Assembly (NCBI GenBank): GCA_965178125.1
Contig: OZ237744.1
Span: forward strand, 496,001 to 560,000
Source of the DNA: Bilabrum cf. latius
Lineage: Eukaryota
Direction: 5' to 3'
Length of the DNA: 64,000 nucleotides
Shown here: positions 13,101 to 23,900 of the stretch, in pieces
Layout of the letters: the number at the start of each line of letters is the position of its first letter
Numbering within the stretch: position 1 is the stretch's first letter
Notes under the pieces: generated by a model
What the model was told of the DNA's origin: nothing
Database searches by the model: none
Seen by the model: only the letters and a program-made list of their open reading frames with translations
Program-made: the position numbers and the translations under genes

Positions 13101-14531
13101 TGCCTTTCCGACGGTGGTGCCAGGAGCACTGGCAACCGGTGCGTTGCCATTCTGCCTAGCGCGACTTTGCCCGGCTCGTGCAGTGGTTCGAATCGAGCGA
13201 GATGGCGTCCGTCGTCGCCTAGGTGTCTACCTCAAAGCCAGACCAGCACCCAGCCCGCCGTCAGGGTCCAACTGCTTGCGGCGTGCCTTGTCCGACGGGG
13301 AGTAGTAGGGCGACACCCTGGGGTCAGCCGTGCCATGGAACCAGTACTCAACAATAGCAGCTAGCAGTAGCTCCCCCTCTCGTGCATCGCTGCGGCGCAC
13401 GCCATTGACGGTGAGGTACGCCTGCATCCACGCCAGCAATACTGTGAGGTGGGGGCACCTGCACACGATCTGGTACATGCTGCGGTATGCCAGCGAGTGG
13501 TACACATTCGACATCTGTGACGATGCTACCAGCGCATCTCTCGACAGCGTCTGTTCAATCATCAACGGGTCTAGTCTCTGCCGCAAGGATCTAGAAAGAA
13601 AGTTACGCCGAATGAAAGCATACAGGCCGAAGCTAGATTGCCCCGGCGAGACCCCCCTGGCACCCCTAGCCTCGTAGGCCGCCTGCAGCTGCCTGGTCTC
13701 GTGCTCGACCTGGTGAAGGTACTTGACCACAGTGTCATTCGCAGGCAACGTGAACTGGCCTTCTACGTTGACGGTAGTAGGACGGGACCACTTGGAGTTC
13801 TTGCTCGCAGACAGCTTGACTGCCTGCCTCGCCACGGCTGCAATGACCGCTCCTGCGACGGTGCACTCGAACATGTCGGGCTTGCCAGGTGTCACGGGCG
13901 AAGGGACCGAAGTCCTTGGACTGCGGCGACTGCCGGCACGCGGCGAAGCCTGCCCGTGCCTGGCCTACACCGGGGTGGGGCGGTTGCCCAGCAGCAGGAG
14001 CAGGAAGGGGTTGGCGCCCCCACTGCCCGCAATCGCAAGGTGCTGCAGCCTGTGAGGCAGGTCGGCAGTCAGAATGGACGCAGGCTCTCGCTGGAGGTGC
14101 CTCAGTATCGTGCACGTGTTGCTTGCTGTTGCAAGCTCGTGCAGCCTTCTCATCAGCGGGGTGAGGAACCCTCCATCCATCGGGGTGCGGCGTGGGTGTA
14201 GAACCAGCGCAAGCCTCTCGGCGCGAGCAGATCTCGGAGTCATTTTCTTTATCTTTTCTGAATCAGCAGGCCGTGCTGTTCCAAGCTGACCCTGACCTTC
14301 TGCGCTCCCCGTCTCCAAGTTCAGATCCTCGTCTTCAAACCTCTGAGCCGCGATCTTCCCAACCGACTGAACGTAGTGGAAATCGACGCCACCCACCTCA
14401 TCTAGCCAATGATTATCAATTACTAACTCAACTGCCTGCGTTGAAGGAACGGATCGTATCAACAGACAAGCGTGAGGCCTGCCAGTCAAATGTGGCGTGG
14501 CAAGTACAGTTCCCCTCACTGCTGAGAGCAT
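10134..14531 (-). CDS. Large (~1,465+ aa) protein of unknown function with C-terminal hydrophobic (TM-like) segments; 5' end uncertain
   Basis: Track ORFs 13965-14531, 13227-13895, 12378-13079, 11886-12341 and 10134-11642 share one frame joined only by TAGs and end at TGA 10134-10136. TM-like stretches TVLSLLIAVVLFVSF and AFAGVLLLWLAV lie near the end. Confidence 0.8.
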
Positions 14532-14968
14532 CTACGCCTTCGAATTCCGGGCTGTACTTGACGACTGAGATATAATGCTGCGATTGGAGGTACAGAGACG
14601 TAATGGAAGCTGAGTTACAAAGCTACATTAGGCTAGCTGAATCGGAGGCTGACTGCAAGTACCTCACGGAAGGTACCGCTCAAGGTCATCGGCAAGTTTT
14701 CGAACTCCATCCTTTGAGCTTCGATTTCGAAGAGAATCCACGGTGGTTCTCAAGGTTTTTCGCTTTTGCATGGTGCGAGAAACGTGCAAAAGTGGGTCTT
14801 CATGCAAAATTAAGAATTCGCACCGATGTGGAACTTCACGTTACAAAAGCCCAAAGCGGCCCAGCGGCCCGGCGGTGTGCTTGCGGTACGATTGGTGCTC
14901 ACCAAGGAGTAGCGTGCCTGTATCAATTTATTATATCTGTTCAAGTGTCTGCCAACGTGCTGCACACT

Positions 14969-15910
14969 TCAGGTACCCGCCGACGCTGCGCGAACGAGCA
15001 CGGGCGGCTGGCCTGCACCGCCTGCTGCTGCACCACTCCCCTCGCCGCCACTGGTAGCGTCAGTGTCCAAGGACCTCAGGCGCACCAAGGCAGTAGGTGG
15101 GAGTCCGTGCGGCTCCACTCTGTCACTGGTCCCTTCTCCGTCTAGGAGCGACTTCTTCAAGACATCGCCGAGCTCCATCATGAGAACGGGGAAAGTGTGG
15201 TTCTTGCTGTCGCGGACGACATGCGCAGCATCCACAAACTCCTGCATTGTGAGCGACTGGTTCGTGTTGGTGAGCTTCCCAGCGGCCGCCCATATGCGCT
15301 GCACCATTTGCTTGACGTGCATGGGCCGAATGTGGTGACCGGTCGCGCGGAGAAGGGCAGCCGCGAAGCGCTCGACCTCCGCAAACGTAGCTCTGCCATT
15401 GTCGTCGGCATCAATAGCCTTGAAAGCCAGCTCTACCATCTCTCGTTCGTGCGTACCCTCTAAAACCGCGAACACGGTCTGCAGCTCCGCCTCGTCGAGC
15501 TCCCCAGATCCGTCCACATCCATTACGTCAAATATGTGGTCAGCCATCCCTGGTGCAGAGAACCCGGACGCAATAAGTGCTTTGTCAAATGACTCTCGTG
15601 TGATCACAAGAACGTTCGGGTCCTTCTCGGACGGGGTCGAAGCGCTGCGGAGAGCCTTGCGAAGCTCAACCGACGCTGCAGACCCACTACTGCTCTGCTT
15701 CCTTGCAACCCCTGAAGCAGTCAGTGCGGTTGCGGCAACAGATACGCGTTGCGGCACGCGGCCAGAGGCAGCCGAACCTGTGCTGCCTTTGTCCTTCGAA
15801 CCACAGCTATGCAGAAGGTATGCTGCAACGCAAGCTCCTGCGCCTACGCCTGCCACAATCGCGGCAGATTTACCTGGATTTTCTTTTATCCACTGAAACA
15901 CTCCTGACAT
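14969..15910 (-). CDS. EF-hand calcium-binding protein with an N-terminal membrane anchor (calcineurin-B/NCS-like)
   Basis: EF loops DVDGSGELDEAE and DADDNGRATFAE, hydrophobic SAAIVAGVGAGACVAAYLL near the N-terminus, ATG to TGA, no TAG. Confidence 0.88.
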   Translation of the reverse strand: MSGVFQWIKENPGKSAAIVAGVGAGACVAAYLLHSCGSKDKGSTGSAASGRVPQRVSVAATALTASGVARKQSSSGSAASVELRKALRSASTPSEKDPNVLVITRESFDKALIASGFSAPGMADHIFDVMDVDGSGELDEAELQTVFAVLEGTHEREMVELAFKAIDADDNGRATFAEVERFAAALLRATGHHIRPMHVKQMVQRIWAAAGKLTNTNQSLTMQEFVDAAHVVRDSKNHTFPVLMMELGDVLKKSLLDGEGTSDRVEPHGLPPTALVRLRSLDTDATSGGEGSGAAAGGAGQPPVLVRAASAGT

Positions 15911-16627
15911 CGCACAAATCTGGCCGCCGACTGGTTGAAATTGCCTTGATCCAGGGGTGGACTGTCTGGCCTTGCCGACGCCGCCGGTTCATCACGCGGT
16001 TTCTTCCGGTTATTCCTCAAAACAGTACGGCGGCCAGTCAGCGGCATAGGACAAGTCTCTGTGAAGCACAAAAGAAAAAGATCAATTTGTTTTCACCTAG
16101 GTGGGTTGCTGCAAGCTGTATTCAGTCAAGGGTAGGCACCGTGAGTGGGACTATTTATGCCAGGTCCGGCATCGAGCAGCCCGGCGCTTGCTCGCCCAAG
16201 CCTTCCCGTCATATGAAGGCCAACCACGCTCTCAACGGTCCCAGTCACCCTGTCATAGCCCTGCATCTGTGTGCATTCACTGCCGGAGAGCACCCAGAGT
16301 CTCTGAGTCGTGCCTCCGGACATGTACAGACCAGGCTCAGGCTCACCTCTGGTCATCACGACATCCACCTTGACCCGAGCTCACAGATATACGTGCCAAA
16401 ATCAGGCTTATCAGCCTTATCCCCCGATCCTCCACCCCCTTGCAAAGACCGTTGTCTGTTGTTGTCCACGTTTGTGGTGTGAAGCGAGGATGTGCTCACA
16501 CGCCTAGGCGATCGGCACCGAGGCCATAGAATCCAATGGGCTGGCACGTGGTGCCCCGCCCAGTAATCGCACAGGAGAATATTCGGCGAACCTTGCAGTA
16601 CACGATCGGCGGCCAAGCCCGGTACCG

Positions 16628-17242
16628 TCACTTGCCGAGCTCTTGCTCAATCCACTCCTACTGCATGCGTTCGGCCTCGGCTTCTAGCTCATCTAGAAGC
16701 TAGTCTCTCTCTACGATCTCGCGATCCACCTTATCTTGCCAGAACTTCTCCACGGAATCGGCATCCATGACTGGGAACTCATCAATGGCAAAGCTGCGCA
16801 CCTTGTCCTTGAGATCCTCCATTACTATCACGTCGTGTACAGAGTTCTTGAGACCCCCCGCCAGATGAGGCGATTTGAGTTCTACCGTGAGAAATGTGTT
16901 GAAATGGTACACCCCCTCCTGCTCGCTAGCTTCAAGTATTCTTCCTAGCTCTAGCGTCTCGAACACTCCAGAATCAGAGAGGGGCTTCAGCTCGCCAAGA
17001 AACCACTGCGAGGGCAACTAAACAGACATCACTACCTTCATTAATGATACAATATTAGCCATGTTGATCCACAATCCGATCATTTGGCTCACCTCTGCTG
17101 CAGCTCGCACTTTCGCTGATTTCACGTCCAGCGGTCGCCTGTCCTGCAACTGTTCCTGCTTCGCAAAAGCTTCATCGCGCACAATTGCGCCGAGGCACGA
17201 TACGGTTAGTGATCCAATTATTGCAATGTAAGCTGCCATCAT
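16628..17242 (-). CDS. Small secreted protein of unknown function, 2 exons (intron 17006-17092)
   Basis: Signal-like MMAAYIAIIGSLTVSCLG. An 87-nt GTGAGC...CGCAG intron gives AAAE|WFLGELKPLSDSGVF. Two TAGs are read through (16700, ~16658) to TGA at 16628. Confidence 0.7.
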
Positions 17243-17500
17243 GAGACACAAGTTGCAAGTGAGCCGAACGCAGTTCGAGTTTCGTAACGAACGTTCCCCA
17301 TGATGACGCTTGTTTGTGCGACCGAGACGACGACAGCACGGCGTGCACTGCGACCTGCTTCAAGCGACCAACCAGCCCTTCGGGGCGCCAGTCGATACAC
17401 TACTTGAACGTTGTAGTAGCTGCAACCTGGTGTTCCACCCGCTGGCTCAGAGGAGCTGACGCGTGACTCGATGATTGCATCGGAACGAGGAACGCAGTAA

Positions 17501-20500
17501 ATGTCGACTCAAGATGACTTTTACAAAATGGGGCACCTCCTTGGACAAGGAGGCTTTGCAGCAGTATACGAAGCCCGTGTGGTTCGCACACCAACCGCGG
17601 ACATGCTGGCCCCCAGCCTTCGATTCCAGCCAATGTCACCAACGGCAAGATCATCATCAACGTCGCTTGGCGCCACTGACACTTTCTCGCCGGCGCCGGT
17701 TCAGAGAAGACATGCATTTTTTCGAGCTGTATCGCCCAGATTTGGTCAGCGCGTGAAACCGACGCAAGTGCGAAGCGGGGACAAGCTGGCAGTCAAGGTG
17801 ATCAAGCGGACGAAACTGCGCCGTGACAAGGAACTCTAGCGGCTTGTGGCTCGAGAAATCGAAGCGCTTACCCTTCTGAGGGGGCATCCACACGTATGTC
17901 AACTCATTAGCGTCCGTGACACGCATCGGGGGAAATGCCTCGCGATGGAGTTTTTGCAAGGCGGAACTTTGTTCGGTCTAATCCGTCGCAAGGGCAAGCT
18001 CTCCGAGGAGCAGACTAGGCAAGCCTTCAGAGGAATCGCAAGCGCGATACGATTCTGTCACCGTCGTGGCATTGTTCACCGCGACATCAAGGCCGAGAAC
18101 GTACTGCTGGCTCGCACAGGCGACCCTGGCACGGCGAAGCTGTGCGACTTCGGCCTCGCCGCTCGGGACTTGGACGCTGCAGGTGCCGTGAAATTGTACC
18201 GCAAGCAGTATGCACGTGCAAAGGCGGGAAAGTATGTCAGCGGGGTGCAAACAGCATCGAACAGCAGCCCAGAGCCGCCTGCACCAAGGAAGCTCACTCT
18301 GAAGGCGGGCACCGCGCTGTACAGTCCGCCCGAAGTGCTCGCTGCTGATGGGTCGTACGATGGCCGCGCTGCCGACATCTTTAGCCTCGGTGTCCTTCTA
18401 TTTGTGTGCATCACGGGACACTTTCCGTTCATTGCCCCGAACGACCAGGCGCTCCGTCGCAGTATGATGTCCAAGCCGCCCGACTACCGCAGGTTCCGCG
18501 CTGCGGGGTGCATGCCGGCGGGGACTGAAGAGCTGCTGCGTGGCATGTTATGCCCAGTTCCTGCCGACCGAATGAAGATTGACGCGGTGTGCCAGCACGG
18601 CTGGACAGGGTTGGGCCCAGACAGCGACGCGGCGTACTATTTAGGGGGTGCTAGCGCCAGGGGGGGTAGCGCCACTGGATTGCATGGCACGTCTCCTATG
18701 GAGCATTCGAGTCATGGCAGCCCAGTGGGTTTCTCTGCGCGAGACTTTGAGCTGACCCCGCGGGGGCCGGGGGCGAGGAAGGCTGGGAGCGGCGGCAAGC
18801 CGAAGAAGCTCGGATCTTCTGGCAAGGGGAAAGGGGCTGCGAGGCTGGTGCCGTCCCCCGTGAACGCTAGCGCCGCCACCCCCAGACGAACCCCAAGAAG
18901 CGAGGCGGCAGCGTCACGAAACTCGGCGGATCTGCCTACTCCGCCAAAGTTTGGATCATCTAGCGGCTCTGCAGCAGCACCTTTCCCAGCAGCAGCAGCT
19001 GCAGGCGTGAAGCAGAGGCGCGTCCCCAGTCCGCAAGGAATCATGGCCATCAGTCTCTCGTCGCCCCAAGGGCCGGCACAGCTCAATTCGAAAGTTGGTA
19101 CTAGTATTGGCGTGCGGCATGGTCGAGCAACAGCCAGAGCACCGGCAAGCGACCTCAGTGCAGGCCACGATGTCTCGTTCAAGGGTGGAGTTGAACTGGG
19201 CCGCAGACGAAGCTCAGTTGCCGAGTCGGTGGCCAGCTCAACGGGGGATAGGAAGAACGACCGTGTGCAAGTCACTGGTAGTATTGATAAGCGCCCTTTA
19301 TCTCCTGAATCGGTGTCTAGCAGCGATGCGGAACCGTTAGAGCCGCTAGGTGCGAGGGATATGCCTCCGGGTATGCTAGTCTCGCCGCCGAGGGTTTAGC
19401 AGCGGCAACGTCTCGGCCCTTCCAGCACATCGCCGGGAACTCTTGCAGCCCGTAGGAGAGTGCTCGTCCCTCGCATAGGTCTTAAAGGCATGCATGGCGG
19501 GCGGACAGGGGCCTCGGGGCTCAAAGACCTCACGGCTGGGTCGGATGCGACTGACGGTGGAGCCTTCAGCCATAGATCAGGCACAGGTAAGGTCAGTGCG
19601 CGAGGCATGGGAAGTTTGCGCACTGGAAGGCGATCTCCACGAGAAATCGCAGCCGTCAGCTTGCTTCGCCTCAACAAAGAGGGCTCCCCTGGCATGTCGC
19701 CGACCAATGCCAGCAGCAATGCGTCGAGTCGGCAGTCTCTCCTTGCCGATGTTGGCCGTTCGCCCCCTCCAGGGAAGGCAAGTGCCGGTGTGACGAGTGT
19801 CAAGCGCTTTGCGTACTCTCGGTAGCGCAAGCACACCGGGCGCACTCCAGCATCGGAAGCACCGCCGCGAGCGAGGAGACCTGAGGTACCGGATTGCTCA
19901 GCGGTGCCAAGGGTCGACGAGTCAAAGACGGATTTGCCTAGCCGGAAAATGAATAAGTCTATGAGAGCGCCTGCATCTACCGTCAAGTCCCCCAACCAGA
20001 TGTTCTGGAAGTCCCGCGAAGCAGCCATGACACCACGGACGCGCTGGCGTCTCGAGCGCATGCAGAAAGCAAGGCAAGCTGCCAGCAAGTCCTCCAAGGC
20101 CTTTGCACGGAAGCGAAAGCTGGAGTCGATAGGCGGGTCCTTCTCTAGCCGCGGTGGTCGCAATGCCATTCTCAGCGAGGACAGTGACTCGAGCGTGGAG
20201 GTCGATGCGAACGCGGCGGGGCGAAGCAAGACTCACAAGACACAACACCACCGATCCAGGGTGGTATCAGCCGCAGCTGGCTCAAGAGGTCACCCTACAG
20301 GGCTCCAAGCTGAAGAGTAGCTAGAACAAGGCGTAACATCGCGCCGCAGAGTGCAAGCGAAAGGTCTTTCGCGCCGTGTAGGTGCTGGGCCTGCGCGAGC
20401 AAAGAATGCTGCCCAGCGCGGCATCGGGGGCACGCGGCGCAAACTAGGTGGCACGCGCGCTGTGCGTGACAATGCACAGTCGGTCAAGAAGAGTAAGGCT

Positions 20501-20824
20501 CGCATTACCCCGGCTGCAGCAAGTGTTTCAATCCCTGTTGCAGCCGGTTCAAACGCAGCGAAGCAGCTCGACGCCAGACACCCGGCCGGCGCCACAACTG
20601 CCCAAGCAGTGGTGTCTGACGCCCGGGGAACCCGCAAGTCTGGTGGTGGAAGGGCTCGCATCCGCTTGTCGGGCATTAAGGCAGTCCGCCAATCGGCATC
20701 GCCGGGGATCCAAAACAGCCCCGTACGGCCGACAGCGATCACGCAGCCGAGAGGGTTGGCAAAGGCAGGTGTTGGTCCAAACAGGCGAGCGCCCCGGAGA
20801 TTGGAACGTCTTGGTGGGCGATAA
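17501..20824 (+). CDS. Ser/Thr protein kinase, CAMK group (SNF1/MARK-like), with a long basic low-complexity tail
   Basis: G-loop LGQGGFAAV, AVKVI, helix-C REIEAL, HRDIKAEN, DFG, GTALYSPPE and DIFSLGV. TAG 17837-17839 falls inside the kinase domain, between the AVK lysine and helix C. More TAGs at 19397, 19823 and 20318; ends at TAA. Confidence 0.92.
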
Positions 20825-20923
20825 GTTGACTAGAAACAAGCAGATCTATAGCATCCCGGAAAAATGTGTACGCACAAAACCACGCAGCATTACGCATTAG
20901 CGATCACTCAAGTTCGCATATCA

Positions 20924-23900
20924 TCAGGACCGCCCGCCCTGGCTGTCCTCCGACGGTTCCAGCGCGCCGAAACCCCCGAAGGCGGCATCGGGGCGACTGC
21001 CGCTGCCTCCACCCGAAGCCATCGCCCTCGTTGAGAATGCAGCCTGCTGTACCCTGGTTGCACCCTCTGTCTGTTGCTGGTACAGCTGCTCTTGGAGCCA
21101 CTTCTGTGCGATCGCCGTGCTGGCCCTCGCGGCCTGCTTTCCGGATCCAGCCAGGATGGGGGCGCGAGGCGTCCACTGCGGCACGTGGATCATTGCCTGG
21201 CTGTCGCGCTTGGCAGCGGGTGTGGTGTTGGGCAGCACCCTCCAGAAGAGAGGAAGGAGATCCTCCCATCGATCGAGCACTCCAGCGGCAAGGGGCGAGC
21301 CAGTCGCCGTGGCATGCTCCTCGACCAGAGACCGCAGAGTCTCCTCCTCGGAAGACCCAAGCGCTACGCGCGCCGGGTCTACCATCTGCGGGTTGTAGCG
21401 ATCCAGGAACTTGTCCTCCACGTCAAGCACAAACGCCTCACCGCCTGACATACCCGCGCCGAAGTTGGCGCCCACGGAGCCCAGCACCACCACACGTCCG
21501 TTCGTCATGTACTCGCACCCGTGGGCGCCGACTCCCTCCACGACGGCCTGGGCACCAGAGTTGCGCACGGCAAATCGCTCACCGGCCCTGCCAGCAGCGA
21601 ACAGCTTGCCGCCTGTCGCGCCGTACAGCACAGTATTCCCGCAGATGACGCTGTGGTGATGCTCATCAGGCACGTCGGCAGGGGGCGCCAGCACGATCTT
21701 GCCGCCGTACATGCCCTTGGCCACATAGTCGTGCGCCTCGCCGCGCAGCACGAGATGCATGCCTCGGTTGCAGAAGGCACCGAAGCTCTACCCCGCCACG
21801 CCGTGGAAGTTCAGGTTCACTGAGTCTTCGGGTAATCCCTGCATCCCGAAGCGCCGTGCAATCTCACCGCTGAGCCGTGCTCCGACTGAACGGGCACTGT
21901 TTGCGATCTGGAAGTGCAGATTAAGACCCGAAGTAGAGTCGTCTAGTACCGGACCAGTGACGGGGAGGTCAGCGGCAGCGCCGGCTCCTGCGATAGGCTA
22001 CCCCGCAGCATCCTCGCTCTCGGCATGCCTGGCCATCGCATCAAGCCTCTTGCGGCACGCGCGCCAGACTTCCTCATCCAAGCACGTCGTGGCCATGTCA
22101 CCGGCGGTCAGCAGCTCATCATCGGACAGGTTCCTCTTCCCAGGCTCCCTGCCGCACTTGACAGGCCTTCCCTTGGCCTCTTCCGGCATGTGCAGCAGCG
22201 CCGTCAGATCCATGCGGCCCTTGGGGAACACGGCAACCTCCTTGCCCTCCGTGCTCTTGAAATCCTTCGCCTTGGCAACGGCATCGGGGTCCTGCAGCCC
22301 GTCCACCGAGTCCTTGGGGCGCAGTAGGTCCACCCTCCCGACAGCCTCGTCCAAGCTTCGCAGGCCCAGAGCCGCCAGCTCGTGCCGGACTTGCTCGGCG
22401 GTGTGCAGAAGGAAGGTAACCACGTGCTCCGGCTTGCCCTTAAACTTTGCGCGCAGCTCGGGGTCCTGAGTGGCGATCCCAACAGGGCAGGTGTTCAGGT
22501 GGCACTTCCTCGCCATCACGCACCCAAGCGCGACCAGCGCGCTCGTGCCAAAGCCGTACTCTTCGGCGCCCATCAGCGCCGCCATTACCACGTCACGCCC
22601 AGTTTTGATGCCTCCATCCACCCGCAGCACCACACGGTCACGGAGATCGTTCATCATGAGCACCTGCTGCACCTCGGCCAGGCCGAGCTCCCACGGTAGG
22701 CCTGCGTTTCGGATGGAGGACAGGGGGCTCGCGCCGGTACCTCCATCATGCCCGCTGATCTGGATGATGTCGGCATTCGCCTTTACCACACCGGCTGCAA
22801 TCGTACCGATGCCAGCCTCTGAGACCAGCTTCACGCCTACCTCGGCGTCTTTGTTGACCCTCTTGAGATCGTAGATCAGCTGCTTGAGGTCCTCGATGGA
22901 GTAAATGTCGTGGTGAGGAGGAGGGGAGATCAAGGTCATCCCTGGAGTCGCAAACCGGCGGTCGGCAATCTCCTTGTTGACCTTCTTGCCCGGGATGTGA
23001 CCGCCCTCGCCTGGTTTGCTGCCCTGCGCCATCTTGATCTCGAGCTGGTGCGCGTTCACGAGGTACGTGGGAGTCACGCCGAACCTGGCAGAAGCCACCT
23101 GCTTGATCTTGCTGTTGGCCAGATCGCCCTTCTTTGGGTGCCAGTAGTCCGTGTGCGACCTCTCTGGCATGTCGCGCTCGAACGGCTTGTGCCTAAGGGG
23201 ATCCTCACCGCCCTCACCAGTATTGCTTCGGCTGCCTAGCTTGTTCGCCGCGATTGCCATCACCTCGTGCACCTCTGCTGAGATGCTCCCGTGGGACACC
23301 GCCTGCGTGCTGAAACGCTTGGCGATCGAGTACGCGTCTTCCACTTCCTCCAGTGGGATCGGGGGATCGGCAGCCTCAAGCTTGTAATCGAGGGCATCTC
23401 GGAGCGCAGTCAGCGGTCTGCCGTCCGCCTGCGCAGAGTATTTCTCGTATAACTTGAACCCGCCCTCCTTGCTGGAAGCAGACCTCAGCTTGTTAAACAC
23501 AAGCGGGTTGAGAGAGTGGTACTCGCCGCCTCGCACGTGACCGTACGCTCCCGAGCGCGGCAGCGCAGTGCCCCTCTTGTATACGACCGGCTGCCCGTAC
23601 GCCTCAACGTGCCTCTCCAGGATGTCTCGCCCCAGGGCTTTGAAGCCGACAGTGGGCAGGCGGTTCACCACGCCGTTAAAGCACGTCTCCACGACTTGAT
23701 CAGACAGGCCGAGCGTCTCGAAAGTCTGTGCGCCACGGTACGAGTCCACAGTGCTGATGCCCATCTTGCTCATGATGCGGAGCAGACCGTCCTCTAGCCC
23801 CTTCCGGTAGTTTGCAAGGGCTTCTTCCACGGTGGCCGGTGGCTAGCTCTCTTCCGCCTTGGTTCCGATGCCTGCCTCTGCCTCCGTGATGCGGGCCTGA

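Noticed and set aside
15911-16627. Possible gene between the EF-hand and small secreted genes
   Set aside because: No frame has a convincing start, composition or motif under either code. Left unannotated.
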